This document shows, one piece after another, positions 23,067 through 24,000 of a DNA stretch of 24,000 bases; the first letter of the stretch is position 1; each line of letters starts with the position of its first letter. The DNA is taken from the NCBI GenBank assembly GCA_002841355.1, contig PHFB01000004.1, positions 13,662 through 37,661 of the forward strand. The letters run 5' to 3'. The translations under genes were made by a program, and so were the position numbers. The notes below the pieces were generated by a model, which worked only from the letters and a program-made list of their open reading frames with translations, was not told where the DNA came from and did not search any database. The DNA comes from Actinobacteria bacterium HGW-Actinobacteria-1 (GTDB lineage Bacteria; Actinomycetota; Coriobacteriia; Anaerosomatales; Anaerosomataceae).

Positions 23067-23169
23067 CCGAACACGGTGTTCAGGCTGACGACGATGTCCT
23101 CATTGTGGGAATACTCTGATACCTGGTCGGCGGGGGTATCCGCCGAAGGTCGCAGAGGGGGCGATTCTG

Positions 23170-23541
23170 ATGGCCGCAACAGACGTGATCGAGCGGCCGG
23201 CAACAAGCGGGTCCATGGGAAGCGATTTCGCGTCCTTGCCTACATCAAAGGTCGGTCGCGTGTCCATGTGGCTTGCGCTGGCGTTCGTCGTGCTCTTCGC
23301 AATCAACTCGTTCGTGTTCATGCCGCTGGGGCGCTCCACGAACGCAGCGTACAACGTGTTCAGCCAGCGGGTTCTGCCATTCTACGGCGTCGGCATGCTG
23401 CTCTGCGGCGTAGCGGCGGGCTCGGTGGCGCTGCTCGCCATCATCAAGAAGCGTGAACGGTCTCTCGTTCTGTGGCTCGCGTTGTTCCCGCTCGCGTTCA
23501 CGATCTTCCTGCTTCTCGGCGAGTTCCTTGTCCCTCACTAG
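23170..23541 (+). CDS. Hypothetical membrane protein (123 aa) ending in EFLVPH
   Basis: AGAGGGGG lies 8 nt before ATG 23170. Three or four hydrophobic helices. The C-terminal region resembles that of 18918..19310. Confidence 0.6.
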   Translation: MAATDVIERPATSGSMGSDFASLPTSKVGRVSMWLALAFVVLFAINSFVFMPLGRSTNAAYNVFSQRVLPFYGVGMLLCGVAAGSVALLAIIKKRERSLVLWLALFPLAFTIFLLLGEFLVPH

Positions 23542-23558
23542 CAGACGGGTTGGCGCAC

Positions 23559-23930
23559 ATGGCGAATAGACCGACGGCAGCAACTATCGATGAGTACATC
23601 GCGGCGTTCCCTGCGGATACGCAAACCGCGCTGAACGAGGTGCGGGCGCTGATCAAGGACGTCGCGCCCGATGCGACCGAGACGATCAGCTACGCGATAC
23701 CCACCTTCGACATGGATGGTCGGCACCTGGTGCACTTTGCGGGATATGAGCGGCATATTGGCCTGTACCCGACGCCGACCGGCATGGAGGAGTTCAAAGC
23801 GGACCTTGCGCCGTACAAACAGGGCAAAGGATCCGTGCAGTTCCCGCTCGGCGAGCCGCTTCCGATGGACCTGATTCGCCGCATCGTCGAGTTCCGCGTG
23901 CAGGAGATGCTTCGCAAAGCGCCCAAGTAG
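23559..23930 (+). CDS. DUF1801 (YdhG-like) domain-containing protein
   Basis: In frame with ORF 23472..23930, starting at ATG 23559. TIDEYIAAFPADTQTALNEVRALIKDVAPDATETISYAIPTF...KGSVQFPL is the typical DUF1801 pattern. Confidence 0.8.
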   Translation: MANRPTAATIDEYIAAFPADTQTALNEVRALIKDVAPDATETISYAIPTFDMDGRHLVHFAGYERHIGLYPTPTGMEEFKADLAPYKQGKGSVQFPLGEPLPMDLIRRIVEFRVQEMLRKAPK

Positions 23931-24000
23931 AACGACGAGCGAATCGCGTAAGTGAATCGAGCACAGCCCGCTACCGTTCATCGGTAATCGCCACTGCATG

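Overview
GC-rich segment (hand counts of 100-nt samples give about 67% GC) with the strong GC3 bias that produces long spurious antisense ORFs. It looks like actinobacterial chromosomal DNA and carries about 40 short genes on both strands. The one classical pathway locus is an Rrf2-cydA-cydB operon (15378-18173, minus strand). The remaining genes are small accessory functions: five GNAT acetyltransferases, two RibD_C/DHFR-like reductase paralogues, a CPBP intramembrane protease, VanZ, an SGNH hydrolase, a NodB-type polysaccharide deacetylase and a chagasin-type (I42) inhibitor lipoprotein. There are also several domain-of-unknown-function proteins (DUF2207-like, DUF2510, DUF2164, DUF1697, DUF4440, DUF3052, DUF1801, YciI-like, SRPBCC-like) and at least nine unidentified membrane proteins or lipoproteins. 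I recognised no rRNA, tRNA, CRISPR array, transposase, integrase, phage gene or known defence gene. All family calls come from motifs read in the translations, not from database searches. The best candidates for something undescribed are: (1) the Fe-S-type Rrf2 regulator coupled to cydAB, with a palindrome over its own promoter; (2) a tightly overlapping VanZ / RibD_C-like / Cys-tailed GNAT unit downstream of a CPBP protease; (3) a RibD_C-like / unknown 302-aa / SGNH hydrolase unit; (4) a truncated DUF2207-like protein inside a cluster of membrane proteins; (5) a recurring exact GCGCTAGA(C/A)T box upstream of many genes, plus two leaderless-type promoters. None of these is a demonstrably novel system from sequence alone.
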